Assembly (NCBI GenBank): GCA_036380715.1
Contig: DASVEF010000370.1
Location: forward strand, 7,727-71,726
DNA length: 64,000 nt
Reading direction: 5' to 3'
Source: Thermoanaerobaculia bacterium
GTDB taxonomy: Bacteria; Acidobacteriota; Thermoanaerobaculia; Multivoradales; UBA5704
The notes beneath the pieces were generated by a model. The model made no database searches. It was not told where the DNA came from and saw only the letters and a list, made by a program, of their open reading frames with translations. A program made the position numbers and the translations under genes. Shown in pieces: positions 8,542-17,478 of this stretch (the first letter of the stretch is position 1; every line of letters starts with the position of its first letter).

Positions 8542-9288
8542 ATGGGCGCAATTCCACTGCAACGCGATATCGACTATCCGGAATCCGACGGACAGCCCAT
8601 GGCAGAGACCGCCCTCCACCGCCGAGAGATGGTGGACCTCACCGCCGCGCTGGACCATTGGTACCTCGACGCGGCGGATGTGGCGGTGGAGAGCAATCTC
8701 TTCCTCTACTACGTCGAAGGCAACCCGCGGGCGGTGGTCTCCCCCGATGTCTTTGTTGCGCTCGGCGTGCCCAAGAGGGAGCGCAGGATCTACAAGCTTT
8801 GGGAGGAAGGCCGCGCCCCGTCCATGGTCATCGAGGTGACCTCGCTCTCGACCAAGGACGAGGACCTCTACGGCAAGAAGAGCTGTTACGAGAGGCTCGG
8901 CGTGCCGGAGTACTTCCTGCACGACCCTTGCGGGGAGTATCTGAGCCCGCCGCTCCTGGGCTATCGCCTGGTGCGTGGCCAATACCGCCTGATGAAGCCG
9001 GCAGCCGACGGCTCGCTGATCAGCAAGGTCACGGGGCTGACGCTCCAGCCCGAGGGGCAGAGGTTGCGTCTGGTGGATACTGCCACTGGAAAGCTGCTGT
9101 CGTGGGTCGCAGAGTCCCAGGCGGCCGAAGACCGGGAGGAGGAGGCGCAGCGGGCATGGCAGGAGGCGGAAGTACGAGCGGCTCAGGCCGAAGCCCGGGC
9201 AGCCCAGGAAGCCCAGGCGCGGCGGCAGGCCGAGGAGGAGTTGGCCCGTCTGCGCCGCGAGCTCGCCAAATGGGATTCGGCCGGCTGA
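8542..9288 (+). CDS. Uma2-family (DUF820) PD-(D/E)XK-like endonuclease with C-terminal coiled-coil
   Basis: 248 aa from ATG with a GAGGA RBS. Uma2 motifs PDVFVALGVP...MVIEVTSLST...DLYGKKSCYERLGVPEY. C-terminal Ala/Glu/Arg-rich heptad-like tail. Confidence 0.8.
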   Translation: MGAIPLQRDIDYPESDGQPMAETALHRREMVDLTAALDHWYLDAADVAVESNLFLYYVEGNPRAVVSPDVFVALGVPKRERRIYKLWEEGRAPSMVIEVTSLSTKDEDLYGKKSCYERLGVPEYFLHDPCGEYLSPPLLGYRLVRGQYRLMKPAADGSLISKVTGLTLQPEGQRLRLVDTATGKLLSWVAESQAAEDREEEAQRAWQEAEVRAAQAEARAAQEAQARRQAEEELARLRRELAKWDSAG

Positions 9289-9368
9289 CCTTCTTCCCCA
9301 TTCCTCTTCGATAGACTCCCACCCGGCCCTCCAAGCCGGGGGCTCTTTAGCTGATCACCGAGCCCCCG

Positions 9369-10985
9369 ATGGCCGACCGTCCCTCATCCCCCTGGACCCC
9401 ACTGAGGCAGCCGCTCTACCGGTCGTTGTGGATCGCCGCCGTGGCCTCCAACATCGGCACCTGGCTGCAGAGCGTCGGGGCGTCGTGGATGATGACCACG
9501 CTGTCGGCTTCGGCCACGATGGTGGCGCTGGTGCAGGCGGCGACCAGCCTTCCCATGTTCCTGCTGTCGCTGCCCGCCGGGGCTCTCGCCGACGTGCTCG
9601 ACCGCCGGCGGCTGCTCCTGTTCACCGAGATCTGGATGGCCCTCAGCGCGGCAGGGCTCGGACTGCTGACCCTCGCCGGGGCGGCCGGCCCGTGGACGCT
9701 GCTGGTCTTCACCTTCCTGCTCGGGCTGGGGACCGCGCTCACCGCTCCCGCCTGGCAGGCGATCGTCCCCGAGATCGTGCCGCGGGAGGACCTGCCCGCC
9801 GCCATCACTCTCCAGAGCATCGGATTCAACATCGCCCGCGCCATCGGCCCGGCCATCGGCGGCCTACTCGTGGCGGCGACGGGGCCGGCGGTGACTTTCC
9901 TGCTCAACGCCGCGTCGTTCCTCGGCGTGCTGCTGGTGGTCTACCGCTGGAAGCGCCCGGCCATGGAGTCGGTCCTCCCGGGCGAGCGCATCCTCGGAGC
10001 GATGAGCACCGGACTGCGCTACGTGCGCCACGCGCCCGAGGTCCTCGCCGTGATCGCGCGGGGGAGCACGTTCGTCCTCTGCGCCAGCTCCCTGTGGGCG
10101 CTGCTGCCGGTGGTCGCCAGCACCGAGCTGAGGCAGGGACCGGCGGGGTACGGCCTGCTCCTCGCCTCTCTCGGCGTCGGAGCGGTCTCGGGCGCGATGG
10201 TCCTGCCGCGGCTGCGCCGGGGAGGAGAGGGCTCGATGGACGGCATCGTGGCCGTGGCGACCCTGGTCTTCGCGGGCGCCACGGTCGCCCTCGGATCGCT
10301 GCGCAGCTTTCCCCTTCTCTGCCTGGCGCTGGTCTTCGCGGGCGGCGCCTGGCTCTGCCTGCTCTCCAGCCTGAACGTGGCGATCCAGACGGTGGTCCCC
10401 TCCTGGGTGCGCGGCCGGGCCTTGTCGGTCTACATGCTGATCTTCTTCGGCGGCCTCGCGGGCGGCAGCGCGCTCTGGGGAGCGGTGGCCGACCACGCGG
10501 GCACCTCCCGCGCGCTCTGGATCTCCGCGGCCGGCATGATCGCCGGCCTCGCCGCCACCTGGCGCATCCACCTGCGCTCGGGCGAAGGGCTCAACCTGGC
10601 CCCGTCGCGGCAATGGCCCGCACCGCTGGCCAGCCACGACCTGGAGCTCGACCGCGGGCCGGTCCTGGTGTCCATCCGCTACCAGATCGATCCCGAGAAG
10701 GCTTCCGAGTTCGCGGCGGCCATGCGGGAGCTGCGCCGCATCCGCCTGCGCGACGGCGCCCTGCAATGGGGTCTCTTCACCGTCGCCGAAACTCCGGGCG
10801 CCTACGCCGAGGTCTTCCTCGTCCGCTCCTGGATCGAGCATCTGCGCCAGCACGAGCGGGTCACCGTCGCCGACGAGGAGATCCGGCACCGCGCCGGCTC
10901 TTTCCACGTCGGCGAAGAGCCTCCCGTGGTCCGGCACCTCATCGCCGAGCCCATGATCCGGGTTAGAATTCCTGGGGCAGATTGA
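9369..10985 (+). CDS. MFS transporter (EntS/YbdA-like) fused to a C-terminal ABM-like (antibiotic biosynthesis monooxygenase / Dabb) domain
   Basis: 538 aa. About 12 TM helices, with MFS motif LADVLDRRRLLL after TM2. The C-terminal about 125 aa (PVLVSIRYQIDPEKASEFAAAMRELRRIRLRDGALQWGLFTVAETPGAYAEVFLVRSWIEHLRQHERVTVAD) fits the ferredoxin-like ABM pattern. Confidence 0.85.
   Translation: MADRPSSPWTPLRQPLYRSLWIAAVASNIGTWLQSVGASWMMTTLSASATMVALVQAATSLPMFLLSLPAGALADVLDRRRLLLFTEIWMALSAAGLGLLTLAGAAGPWTLLVFTFLLGLGTALTAPAWQAIVPEIVPREDLPAAITLQSIGFNIARAIGPAIGGLLVAATGPAVTFLLNAASFLGVLLVVYRWKRPAMESVLPGERILGAMSTGLRYVRHAPEVLAVIARGSTFVLCASSLWALLPVVASTELRQGPAGYGLLLASLGVGAVSGAMVLPRLRRGGEGSMDGIVAVATLVFAGATVALGSLRSFPLLCLALVFAGGAWLCLLSSLNVAIQTVVPSWVRGRALSVYMLIFFGGLAGGSALWGAVADHAGTSRALWISAAGMIAGLAATWRIHLRSGEGLNLAPSRQWPAPLASHDLELDRGPVLVSIRYQIDPEKASEFAAAMRELRRIRLRDGALQWGLFTVAETPGAYAEVFLVRSWIEHLRQHERVTVADEEIRHRAGSFHVGEEPPVVRHLIAEPMIRVRIPGAD
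10596..10985 (+). other. ABM-like soluble domain at the C-terminus of the MFS transporter
   Basis: Pattern hhhhxhxYxhxPExxxxFxxxxxxL...G...xxLhxx...PxxYxEhxxWxSxExHxxH. Confidence 0.5.
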
Positions 10986-11018
10986 AAGCAGGGTGGAGGT
11001 GAGGGTCCGAACGGCCGA

Positions 11019-11369
11019 TTTATATACTCCGGCCGAGAGCTTGTATAGACCCGCCCCTTGGAACCGCTTCAGGAACCGCAGGTTTATATAGGGAGAGGGG
11101 TGTACCTATATAGACTGTCCGTCTCCCTATATAGACGCGCAGCTTTCTTATATAGACCGGAGCCTGCGCAAAGGCGGGGGACCTCCCGTTCAGACTGTCC
11201 GAACCCTCTCCGAAAGCTCTCCGGATCGCCGCCCTATATAAAAAGAGCGCTCATCTATATAGATCCTGAGCTCCGAGACGCTTCCCCGCCGCCTCTCTAT
11301 ATATTTTGACGGCTCCCCCATATGAACCGGCCACCTTCCTATATAATCAGGCTGCAAAAGTATATAGAG
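11019..11369. repeat. AT-rich intergenic array: about 12 copies of a C(C/T)TATATAG(A) palindromic core positioned at 21-bp multiples
   Basis: Cores end near 11027, 11048, 11091, 11113, 11134, 11155, 11241, 11262, 11304, 11346 and 11367 (gaps 21, 43, 22, 21, 21, 86, 21, 42, 42, 21), with a degenerate copy near 11324. Lies in a 70% GC background between the MFS gene and vapB. Spurious ORFs across it encode YI-rich junk. Confidence 0.8.
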
Positions 11370-11419
11370 TGGCCGTCCGGAAACCTTGGGCGGGCCTTTC
11401 AAAAGGGAGGAGGAGACGC

Positions 11420-11629
11420 ATGCTCACCAGTATGGATCTGGACGAGGAGCTGTTCAAGAAGGCGTGGAATCTTTCGAGCCAGCGGACCAAGAAGGGCGTC
11501 GTGGAAGAGGCGTTGCGCATCTACGTCCGCCTCCACGAGCAGGCCCAGGTGCGTAGTCTGCGGGGCAAGCTGGCGTGGCTGGGCGATCTCGACCAGCAGA
11601 GGAAGCGGCGCCGTGCAAGCTCTCGTTGA
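11420..11629 (+). CDS. vapB: type II antitoxin, VapB-like (DUF2191-type)
   Basis: 69 aa starting MLTSMDLDEELFKKAWNLSSQRTKKGVVEEALRIYVR. Strong RBS GGGAGGAGGAG. Its 3' end overlaps the downstream PIN toxin gene. Confidence 0.7.
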   Translation: MLTSMDLDEELFKKAWNLSSQRTKKGVVEEALRIYVRLHEQAQVRSLRGKLAWLGDLDQQRKRRRASSR

Positions 11630-12005
11630 CGCTTCGGTCTGGATCGACTATTTCACCGGCGAGGCCACGCCGCAGACCGACCTCCTGGACTCCCTGCTCG
11701 GGAAGGCGGCCCTCACCGTGGCCGACCTGACGCTCGCCGAGGTCCTCTACGGCATTCCGGACGAGCGCAGCCGGCGCCTGGCGGCCGACGCGCTGACCAA
11801 GTTCTGGCTGGTCGAGGTCCGCGGGATCGACCTGGCCCAGAAGAGCGCGGTCAACTATCACACCCTGCGCGTCCGCGGCATCGAGGTCACGACCACGGAG
11901 TGCGAGATCGCCACGTTCTGCCTGGAGAACGGCTTCTCTCTCCTCCACTCCAGCCCGGGCTACGAGCCGTTCGAGACGTACCTGGGGCTCAAGGGGGTGC
12001 GGTAA
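11613..12005 (+). CDS. vapC: PIN-domain ribonuclease toxin VapC
   Basis: GTG start. PIN signature LVDASVWIDYF...LAADALTKFWLVEVRGIDL...HTLRVRGIEVTTTECEIATFCLENGFSLLH. Confidence 0.85.
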   Translation: MQALVDASVWIDYFTGEATPQTDLLDSLLGKAALTVADLTLAEVLYGIPDERSRRLAADALTKFWLVEVRGIDLAQKSAVNYHTLRVRGIEVTTTECEIATFCLENGFSLLHSSPGYEPFETYLGLKGVR

Positions 12006-12032
12006 GATTTCCTCTCGACATGGAGACTCACG

Positions 12033-12569
12033 ATGAAAGCACAGCTCGTTCTGGCCTGCTTCGTCCTCGCCGCGCCCGCTCTGGTGAAGGCCGAAGATCC
12101 GCCGCCCTGCCCTCTCCACGCCCAGCACCAGCAGGAGGCTCAGAGCCCGGGGCACGACCACCATGCCGGGGTCGACGCCCGGGGCGACAAGGTCATGGGC
12201 TTCGAGCACACCCGCACGACCCACCACTTCCTGCTGAAGCCGGACGGCGGCGTGATCCAGGTCGAGGCCAAGGACTTGGCGGACCGCGAGAGCATCGTCA
12301 AGACCCGCCACCACCTCGCAGACATCGCCGAAAAGTTCACGGCCGGCGACTTCTCCATGCCGTTCGCCATCCACGACCGGGTCCTCCCCGGCGTGCCGGA
12401 GATGACCCGCCTCAAAGGAGAGCTACGCTTCCGCTACGAAGAGACCGAGCGCGGCGCCCGCGTCCACATCGCCACGGAGAGCCCCGAGGCCCGCGAAGCC
12501 GTCCACGCCTTCCTGCGCGCACAGATCGAGGATCACCGCACGGGCGATCCGCTCACTCCGACTCCGTAG
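12033..12569 (+). CDS. secreted hypothetical protein with His-rich N-terminal region
   Basis: Signal peptide MKAQLVLACFVLAAPALVKA. Mature N-terminus PPPCPLHAQHQQEAQSPGHDHHAGVD...HTRTTHHF. No family recognised. Confidence 0.6.
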   Translation: MKAQLVLACFVLAAPALVKAEDPPPCPLHAQHQQEAQSPGHDHHAGVDARGDKVMGFEHTRTTHHFLLKPDGGVIQVEAKDLADRESIVKTRHHLADIAEKFTAGDFSMPFAIHDRVLPGVPEMTRLKGELRFRYEETERGARVHIATESPEAREAVHAFLRAQIEDHRTGDPLTPTP

Positions 12570-12594
12570 AACGGCACTGTTATGTTATAAGAGC

Positions 12595-14100
12595 ATGATG
12601 AAGCTGTACCCGCGTCTCCTCTGCGTTCTCGCAGCCTGCCTCCTGTCCGCCCCGGTCTCCGCAGCGCCGCAGGGCCATGCCGCCGCTCCCATCGTCAACG
12701 GGAACCTCGAGGGAAACCTGCCGTCCGTGGTCGCCGTGTTCGTGGACAGCGAGCTTTGCACGGGTACCCTCATCGGCTGCCAGACCGTGCTCACCGCGGC
12801 GCACTGCATCTGCAGCGATCAGCTCACGGGATCAGCCTGCGCACAGACCCCCGGCCTCCTCGACCCCTCGCGGGTCGCGGTCTTCTCGCAGCACGCCGGG
12901 GTTCTGGACGTCGCGAGCGTGGCGGTGCATCCGGACTATCACTTCCAGGTCCGGGGCGACCTCGCGATCCTGCGCCTGGCAACTCCGGTGGCGGGAATCG
13001 CGCCGACTCCCCTCAACCTCACCGGGCGGGTGGCCCCCGGCGTCCAGGGAGTCATCGCCGGGTTCGGGCGATCGAGCAGGACGGCCGACGACTTCGGGCT
13101 GAAGCGCTCCGGAAGAGTGACGACCGCCGCCTGCACGCACGCGCCGGCCGCCACCCACCTCTGCTGGAACTTCGAAGCTCCCATCGGTCCGGTCGGGCTG
13201 GACAGCACCGCCTGCCAGGGCGACTCCGGCGGTCCGCTGCTGGTCGAAACGGGCGGCGTCGCCCGCCTCGCCGGAGTCACGTCCGGAGACGAGCCCGGAA
13301 CGTGCGCGCCGCCCGACCAGGTCTTCGCCGCCGATGTCTATGTGGACCGCGCCTGGATCCTGGAGCGGGCGGGAGCCGACGCCACGGCCACGAGCTGCGG
13401 GACGCTCCCGCCGGCCGGCTCCGCCGAGGCTCCGGTGGTCGCTGTGAACGGGGACCTCGCGCGGACAGACTCCGGGGACCGCCATGTCCTCCAGGTCCCG
13501 CCGGGCGCGGACCTGCTGCGCGTGGCGCTCAACGGCGACTTCGGCACCGCGAACGCCAACTTCCAGCTCTACGTCAAGCCGGGCGCGCCGCCGACGCCAG
13601 AGGACTTCCTCTGCGAGAGCGAGATGCCGGGGCCCTATGAATTTTGTGAATTGCCGTCGCCGGTCGCCGGGGAGTGGCACGTGCTCGTCCACCGCCAGGG
13701 CGGCTCGGGGGCGTACCAGCTCACCGCGACCACGTTCGGGGTCTCTTCGTCGAGTTGCGTGCCTGACGCCACGACGCTGTGCCTGAACAACGGCCGCTTC
13801 CGCGTCCGCGCCACCTGGCGGCTCCGAAACGGCCAATCCGGAGCCGGCAACATGATCCCCCTGACCTCCGACACCGGCTACTTCTGGTTCTTCGACCCCG
13901 CCAACGTGGAGGTCGTCGTCAAGGTCCTCAACGCCTGCGCCCGCGGGAACTACTGGGTCTTCGCCAGCGGCCTGACCAACGTCCAGGTTACCCTCACCGT
14001 GACCGACACCCAGAGCGGCGTGACCCGGACTTACCAGAACCCGCAGGGGACGCCCTTCCAGCCGATCCAGGACACCGGGGCGTTTCCGACCTGTCCGTGA
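12595..14100 (+). CDS. secreted trypsin-like serine protease (S1 family) with pre-peptidase C-terminal (PPC) domain and extra C-terminal beta-rich domain
   Basis: Signal peptide. IVNG start of the mature trypsin fold. Catalytic triad contexts TAAHC, DLAILRL and GDSGGPL. PPC-like segment LQVPPGADLLRVALNGDFGTANANFQLYVKPGAPP...GEWHVLVHRQGGSGAYQLT. Confidence 0.85.
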   Translation: MMKLYPRLLCVLAACLLSAPVSAAPQGHAAAPIVNGNLEGNLPSVVAVFVDSELCTGTLIGCQTVLTAAHCICSDQLTGSACAQTPGLLDPSRVAVFSQHAGVLDVASVAVHPDYHFQVRGDLAILRLATPVAGIAPTPLNLTGRVAPGVQGVIAGFGRSSRTADDFGLKRSGRVTTAACTHAPAATHLCWNFEAPIGPVGLDSTACQGDSGGPLLVETGGVARLAGVTSGDEPGTCAPPDQVFAADVYVDRAWILERAGADATATSCGTLPPAGSAEAPVVAVNGDLARTDSGDRHVLQVPPGADLLRVALNGDFGTANANFQLYVKPGAPPTPEDFLCESEMPGPYEFCELPSPVAGEWHVLVHRQGGSGAYQLTATTFGVSSSSCVPDATTLCLNNGRFRVRATWRLRNGQSGAGNMIPLTSDTGYFWFFDPANVEVVVKVLNACARGNYWVFASGLTNVQVTLTVTDTQSGVTRTYQNPQGTPFQPIQDTGAFPTCP

Positions 14101-14183
14101 GCAGCAGGTCCTCCTCGGAGTTCCGGAGAGGATCCGCCTCAAGACACCCGTTGGATAGTGGCGGCGCCGGAGAAGGATCCAAC

Positions 14184-14528
14184 TTACCGCCCAAGCACCA
14201 TGTCAATGCCCGCTAACACCAACTCGAGCTGGCGTCCGGACAACTTGCCGACGCACTCGGTGAGTTGCCGCTTGTCGATCGCAACGATCAGCGATACGTT
14301 CGCGACCGAATCCTTCGATAGGCCCGTCGCCTTTGCGGCCAGCGACACATTTCCAGGCGCTTCTGCCCATTTCAAGTTGCTCGTCAAGGGTACGCAGACG
14401 ACGGTGCCGATCCGGCTCCGGTTCAAGGCGTCGCATTGCACCACCACGACAGGCCGCCGATATCCAGGCTCGGATCCGGTCGGCTCTCCCAGGTCGGCCC
14501 ACCAGACCTCCCCCTGGGCGATTACCAA
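14184..14528 (-). CDS. mazF: type II toxin, PemK/MazF-family mRNA interferase
   Basis: 114 aa. GEVWWADLGEPTGSEPGYRRPVVVVQ...CVPLTS pattern of MazF/PemK. Confidence 0.8.
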   Translation of the reverse strand: MVIAQGEVWWADLGEPTGSEPGYRRPVVVVQCDALNRSRIGTVVCVPLTSNLKWAEAPGNVSLAAKATGLSKDSVANVSLIVAIDKRQLTECVGKLSGRQLELVLAGIDMVLGR

Positions 14529-14758
14529 TCGACCTGCTCCAGCACCCGGCGTGAGGCCCTCCGGCTGAACTCATCGACACCGTCTCCAGCCTCTTCGACC
14601 ACTCGATTCATGGCATCCGTGAGGCGGTCAGGCGCATGTCTGGCCACGAACTCCTGGAGCGCTCGACTGTAGAGTTGGCTGCGAGAAGTCCTGAGCTCTT
14701 CCGCCAGACGCTCAGCCTCCTCAAACACGTCGTCGGGGATCGACACGGCTGTTTTCAT
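14522..14758 (-). CDS. type II antitoxin (ribbon-helix-helix, MazE/CopG-like) partner of the PemK/MazF toxin
   Basis: 78 aa starting MKTAVSIPDDVFEEAERLAEELRTSRSQLYSRALQEFV. Overlaps the toxin start. Confidence 0.65.
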   Translation of the reverse strand: MKTAVSIPDDVFEEAERLAEELRTSRSQLYSRALQEFVARHAPDRLTDAMNRVVEEAGDGVDEFSRRASRRVLEQVDW

Positions 14759-14773
14759 ACCCTGAGTATAACC

Positions 14774-17305
14774 CTACTTCCTCAACGCCAGCACCGGATC
14801 CAGCAGGCTCGCCTTCCGCGCCGGAATGCAGCTCGCCAGCAGCGCCACCGTGGCCAGCACGAGCGGCGCGGCCACGAAGGTGAAGGGGTCGGTCGTGCTC
14901 ACTCCGACGAGGAGGCTGGAGAGGGCGCGGGTGGCGGCGAAGGCTCCGAGGAGGCCGGCGATCACGCCGACCGACACCGCGGTCATCCCCTGCCGCGCCA
15001 CCATGCGGAGGACGTGCATCCCGGTCGCCCCGAGCGCCATGCGGATGCCGATCTCCCGGGTGCGCTGGTTCACCAGGTAGGACAGCACGCCGTAGATGCC
15101 CACCGCCGCCAGGACCAGCGCCACGAAGGCCAGCGCCCCCATGAGCAGCATGTTGAAGCGGTAGGAACCCAGCGACCGGTCGACGATTTCTTCCATGGTC
15201 CGGATGTCCGTGATCGGCTGCTGCGGGTCCGCGGCCCAGATCTCCTTGCGCGCCGCCTGCGGGATTCCGGCCAGGGTCCCCTCGCCCTGGATCACCACGG
15301 AGAGCGGGAGCAGGCGTACGAACATCCCCATCAGCCTCTCGTTGACCTGGCCGATCGGCAGGTAGACGATCGCCGGCGCGGCCTCGTCCAGCCCCACCTC
15401 GCGGACGTCCTTGACGATTCCGACGATCCGCCGCGGCGCCTTATCCGCCAGCTCGGGAGCGTACGGCATGCCTATGGTGATCCGCTGGCCGATGGGGTCT
15501 TCGTTGGGCCAGTACTGGCGCGCGGCCTCCTCGTTGATGATGGCCACCCCCTCGGAATTCACCGTGTCGTTCGCCGTGAGCAGCCGGCCGCGGGAGAGCG
15601 GGATGCCCAGCGCCTCGAAGTAGCCGGGCGTCGAGGCGCGGTATTGGGCGGAGCCCACCCCTTCCTCGCTGTCCCCGCCCGCGTAACGCCCCTCGATCGT
15701 GAACGTCAGGTCCGGCCCCATCTCCAGCGGCAGCGAGGAGGCGACGGCCGCCTTCTTGACCCCGGGCAGGGCGTTGAGCCGCTTGGTCACCTGCCGGCTG
15801 AACAGCTCCATGTTGACCGGCGTGCCGTAGCGCGCCTCGGGCAGCGACAGCTTGAGCGTCAGCACGTTCTCGGGCCGGAAGCCCGGATCGGTCTCCAGGA
15901 GGCCGTTGAAGCTCTTCACCAGCAGGGCCGCGCCGATGATCACCACCAGGGCGACCGCCACCTCGGCGACCACGAGCGCGGTCCGCGCGATCATGCCGCG
16001 GGGGCCGCCGGTCGAGCGCGCCGAGTCTTCCTTCAGAGGATCGTTGAGGTTCGGCCGGGCGGCCTGGACGGCCGGCGCGAGACCAAAGATCATGCCCGCC
16101 AGCAGCGAGATCCCGAGCGTGAAGGCGAGCACCGTGCCGTCGATCCCGATCTCCGGCAGCGACGCCTGGGCGGCCATCAGCCCCGCCTGCCCCACCGGGC
16201 TCAGCGCGACCAGCGGCTTGAGAATCCAATAGCCCAGGAGCAGCCCCACGGCGCCGCCGGCCAGGGAGAGCACCAGGCTCTCGGTGATGAGCTGCGCGAA
16301 GATGCGCGACGAGCTGGCTCCCAGGGCCGTGCGGATCGCGACCTCCCGCCGCCGCGCCGCCGAACGCGCGAGCTGCAGGTTGGCGATGTTGACGCAGGCG
16401 ATCAGGAGCACGCCGCCGACCGTGCCCAGCAGCACCAGCAGGGCGGGTCGGAGCTCGCCGTACAGGCGCTCCTGGAGCGTCTTCACCCGGAAAGTCTCCT
16501 CGTCGCTCATGTCTCCGAGACGGCGCTCCCGGTACTGCCGGGCCACAACGTTCAGGGCCGCCTGGGCCTTCTCCACGCTCAACCCGTCCTTGAGCCGGCC
16601 CGTGATCTCCAGGTAGTTCGCCTTCTCCGTGCTCGCGGGGTCGATCCCCAGCGGCGTCCACAGCTCGGCCGTGGCGGGGTAGCGGAACGCGGCCGGCATG
16701 ATCCCGACTACCACGTAGCTCTCCCCGTTCAGGTGGATCGTGCGGTTGACCAGCGAGCGGTCGCCGCCGAACCGCCTCTTCCAGAGCGCATGGCTGAGGA
16801 CCACCACTTTCTGGGCGTTGGGCCGGTCCTCCTCGGCCACGAAGTCACGGCCGATCTCCGGCCGGACGTTGAAGACCGAGAAGAACTCCTTGCTCACCCG
16901 CGAGCCGACCACCCGCTCCGGGTCTCCGCCGCCGGTCAGGTTGAACCCCGATCCGAGCGTGTCGTAGGTGGCCACCGCGTCGAAGACATCGTTGTGCTCC
17001 CGCACGTAGAGGAACTTGGGGATGGCGATCGAGATGCTCTCGTTGTCGCGATAGCCGCGCATCACCTGCACCAGCTCGTGGGAATCGGGGAACGGCAAGG
17101 GCCGCAGCAGCAGGGCGTTGACCACGCTGAAGATCGCCGCGTTGGCGCCGATGGCGAGCGCCAGCGTCAGCAGGGCGACCAGCGTGAAACCCGGAGACCT
17201 GAGGAGGACCCGGACGGCATAACGGAGGTTTTGGATCACCAGACTCATGGAAGCTCTCCTCCTGGTTCGGCTCCAACTACGCGCCAGGGGGCGGATCTGT
17301 TTCAC
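14774..17305 (-). CDS. ABC transporter permease, ADOP family (Acidobacterial duplicated orphan permease; MacB-like periplasmic core + two FtsX domains)
   Basis: 843 aa. N-terminal TM then a large periplasmic domain and FtsX-type 4-TM bundle, repeated twice. This architecture is typical of Acidobacteria. Confidence 0.9.
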   Translation of the reverse strand: MKQIRPLARSWSRTRRRASMSLVIQNLRYAVRVLLRSPGFTLVALLTLALAIGANAAIFSVVNALLLRPLPFPDSHELVQVMRGYRDNESISIAIPKFLYVREHNDVFDAVATYDTLGSGFNLTGGGDPERVVGSRVSKEFFSVFNVRPEIGRDFVAEEDRPNAQKVVVLSHALWKRRFGGDRSLVNRTIHLNGESYVVVGIMPAAFRYPATAELWTPLGIDPASTEKANYLEITGRLKDGLSVEKAQAALNVVARQYRERRLGDMSDEETFRVKTLQERLYGELRPALLVLLGTVGGVLLIACVNIANLQLARSAARRREVAIRTALGASSSRIFAQLITESLVLSLAGGAVGLLLGYWILKPLVALSPVGQAGLMAAQASLPEIGIDGTVLAFTLGISLLAGMIFGLAPAVQAARPNLNDPLKEDSARSTGGPRGMIARTALVVAEVAVALVVIIGAALLVKSFNGLLETDPGFRPENVLTLKLSLPEARYGTPVNMELFSRQVTKRLNALPGVKKAAVASSLPLEMGPDLTFTIEGRYAGGDSEEGVGSAQYRASTPGYFEALGIPLSRGRLLTANDTVNSEGVAIINEEAARQYWPNEDPIGQRITIGMPYAPELADKAPRRIVGIVKDVREVGLDEAAPAIVYLPIGQVNERLMGMFVRLLPLSVVIQGEGTLAGIPQAARKEIWAADPQQPITDIRTMEEIVDRSLGSYRFNMLLMGALAFVALVLAAVGIYGVLSYLVNQRTREIGIRMALGATGMHVLRMVARQGMTAVSVGVIAGLLGAFAATRALSSLLVGVSTTDPFTFVAAPLVLATVALLASCIPARKASLLDPVLALRK

Positions 17306-17478
17306 GCCGTCATCCGGACAGCCGGGATCTCCGTAGCTAGAGGTGGAGCAGAAACCCCCGGGACATCGGCAATGCGCTCCAGGCCTCCGTGTACGGTGGA
17401 TTGGGAGAGGTTCGTCTTGGAAGCACGGAAGAGCCGGGGCGCCGGGTGTCCCCCAACCAGATAAAACGGAGAACCGCC

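Noticed and set aside
11058-11402. ORFs 11058-11309 (+) and 11190-11402 (-) across the TATATAG array.
   Set aside because: Their translations are YI/LY-rich artefacts of the TATATA repeats. They lie in the only AT-rich patch of a 70% GC genome and have no RBS.
14636-17464. 942-aa plus-strand ORF opposite the ADOP permease, and the 15441-16661 minus ORF in another frame.
   Set aside because: Shadow ORFs of a strongly supported FtsX-type permease. The translations are low-complexity.
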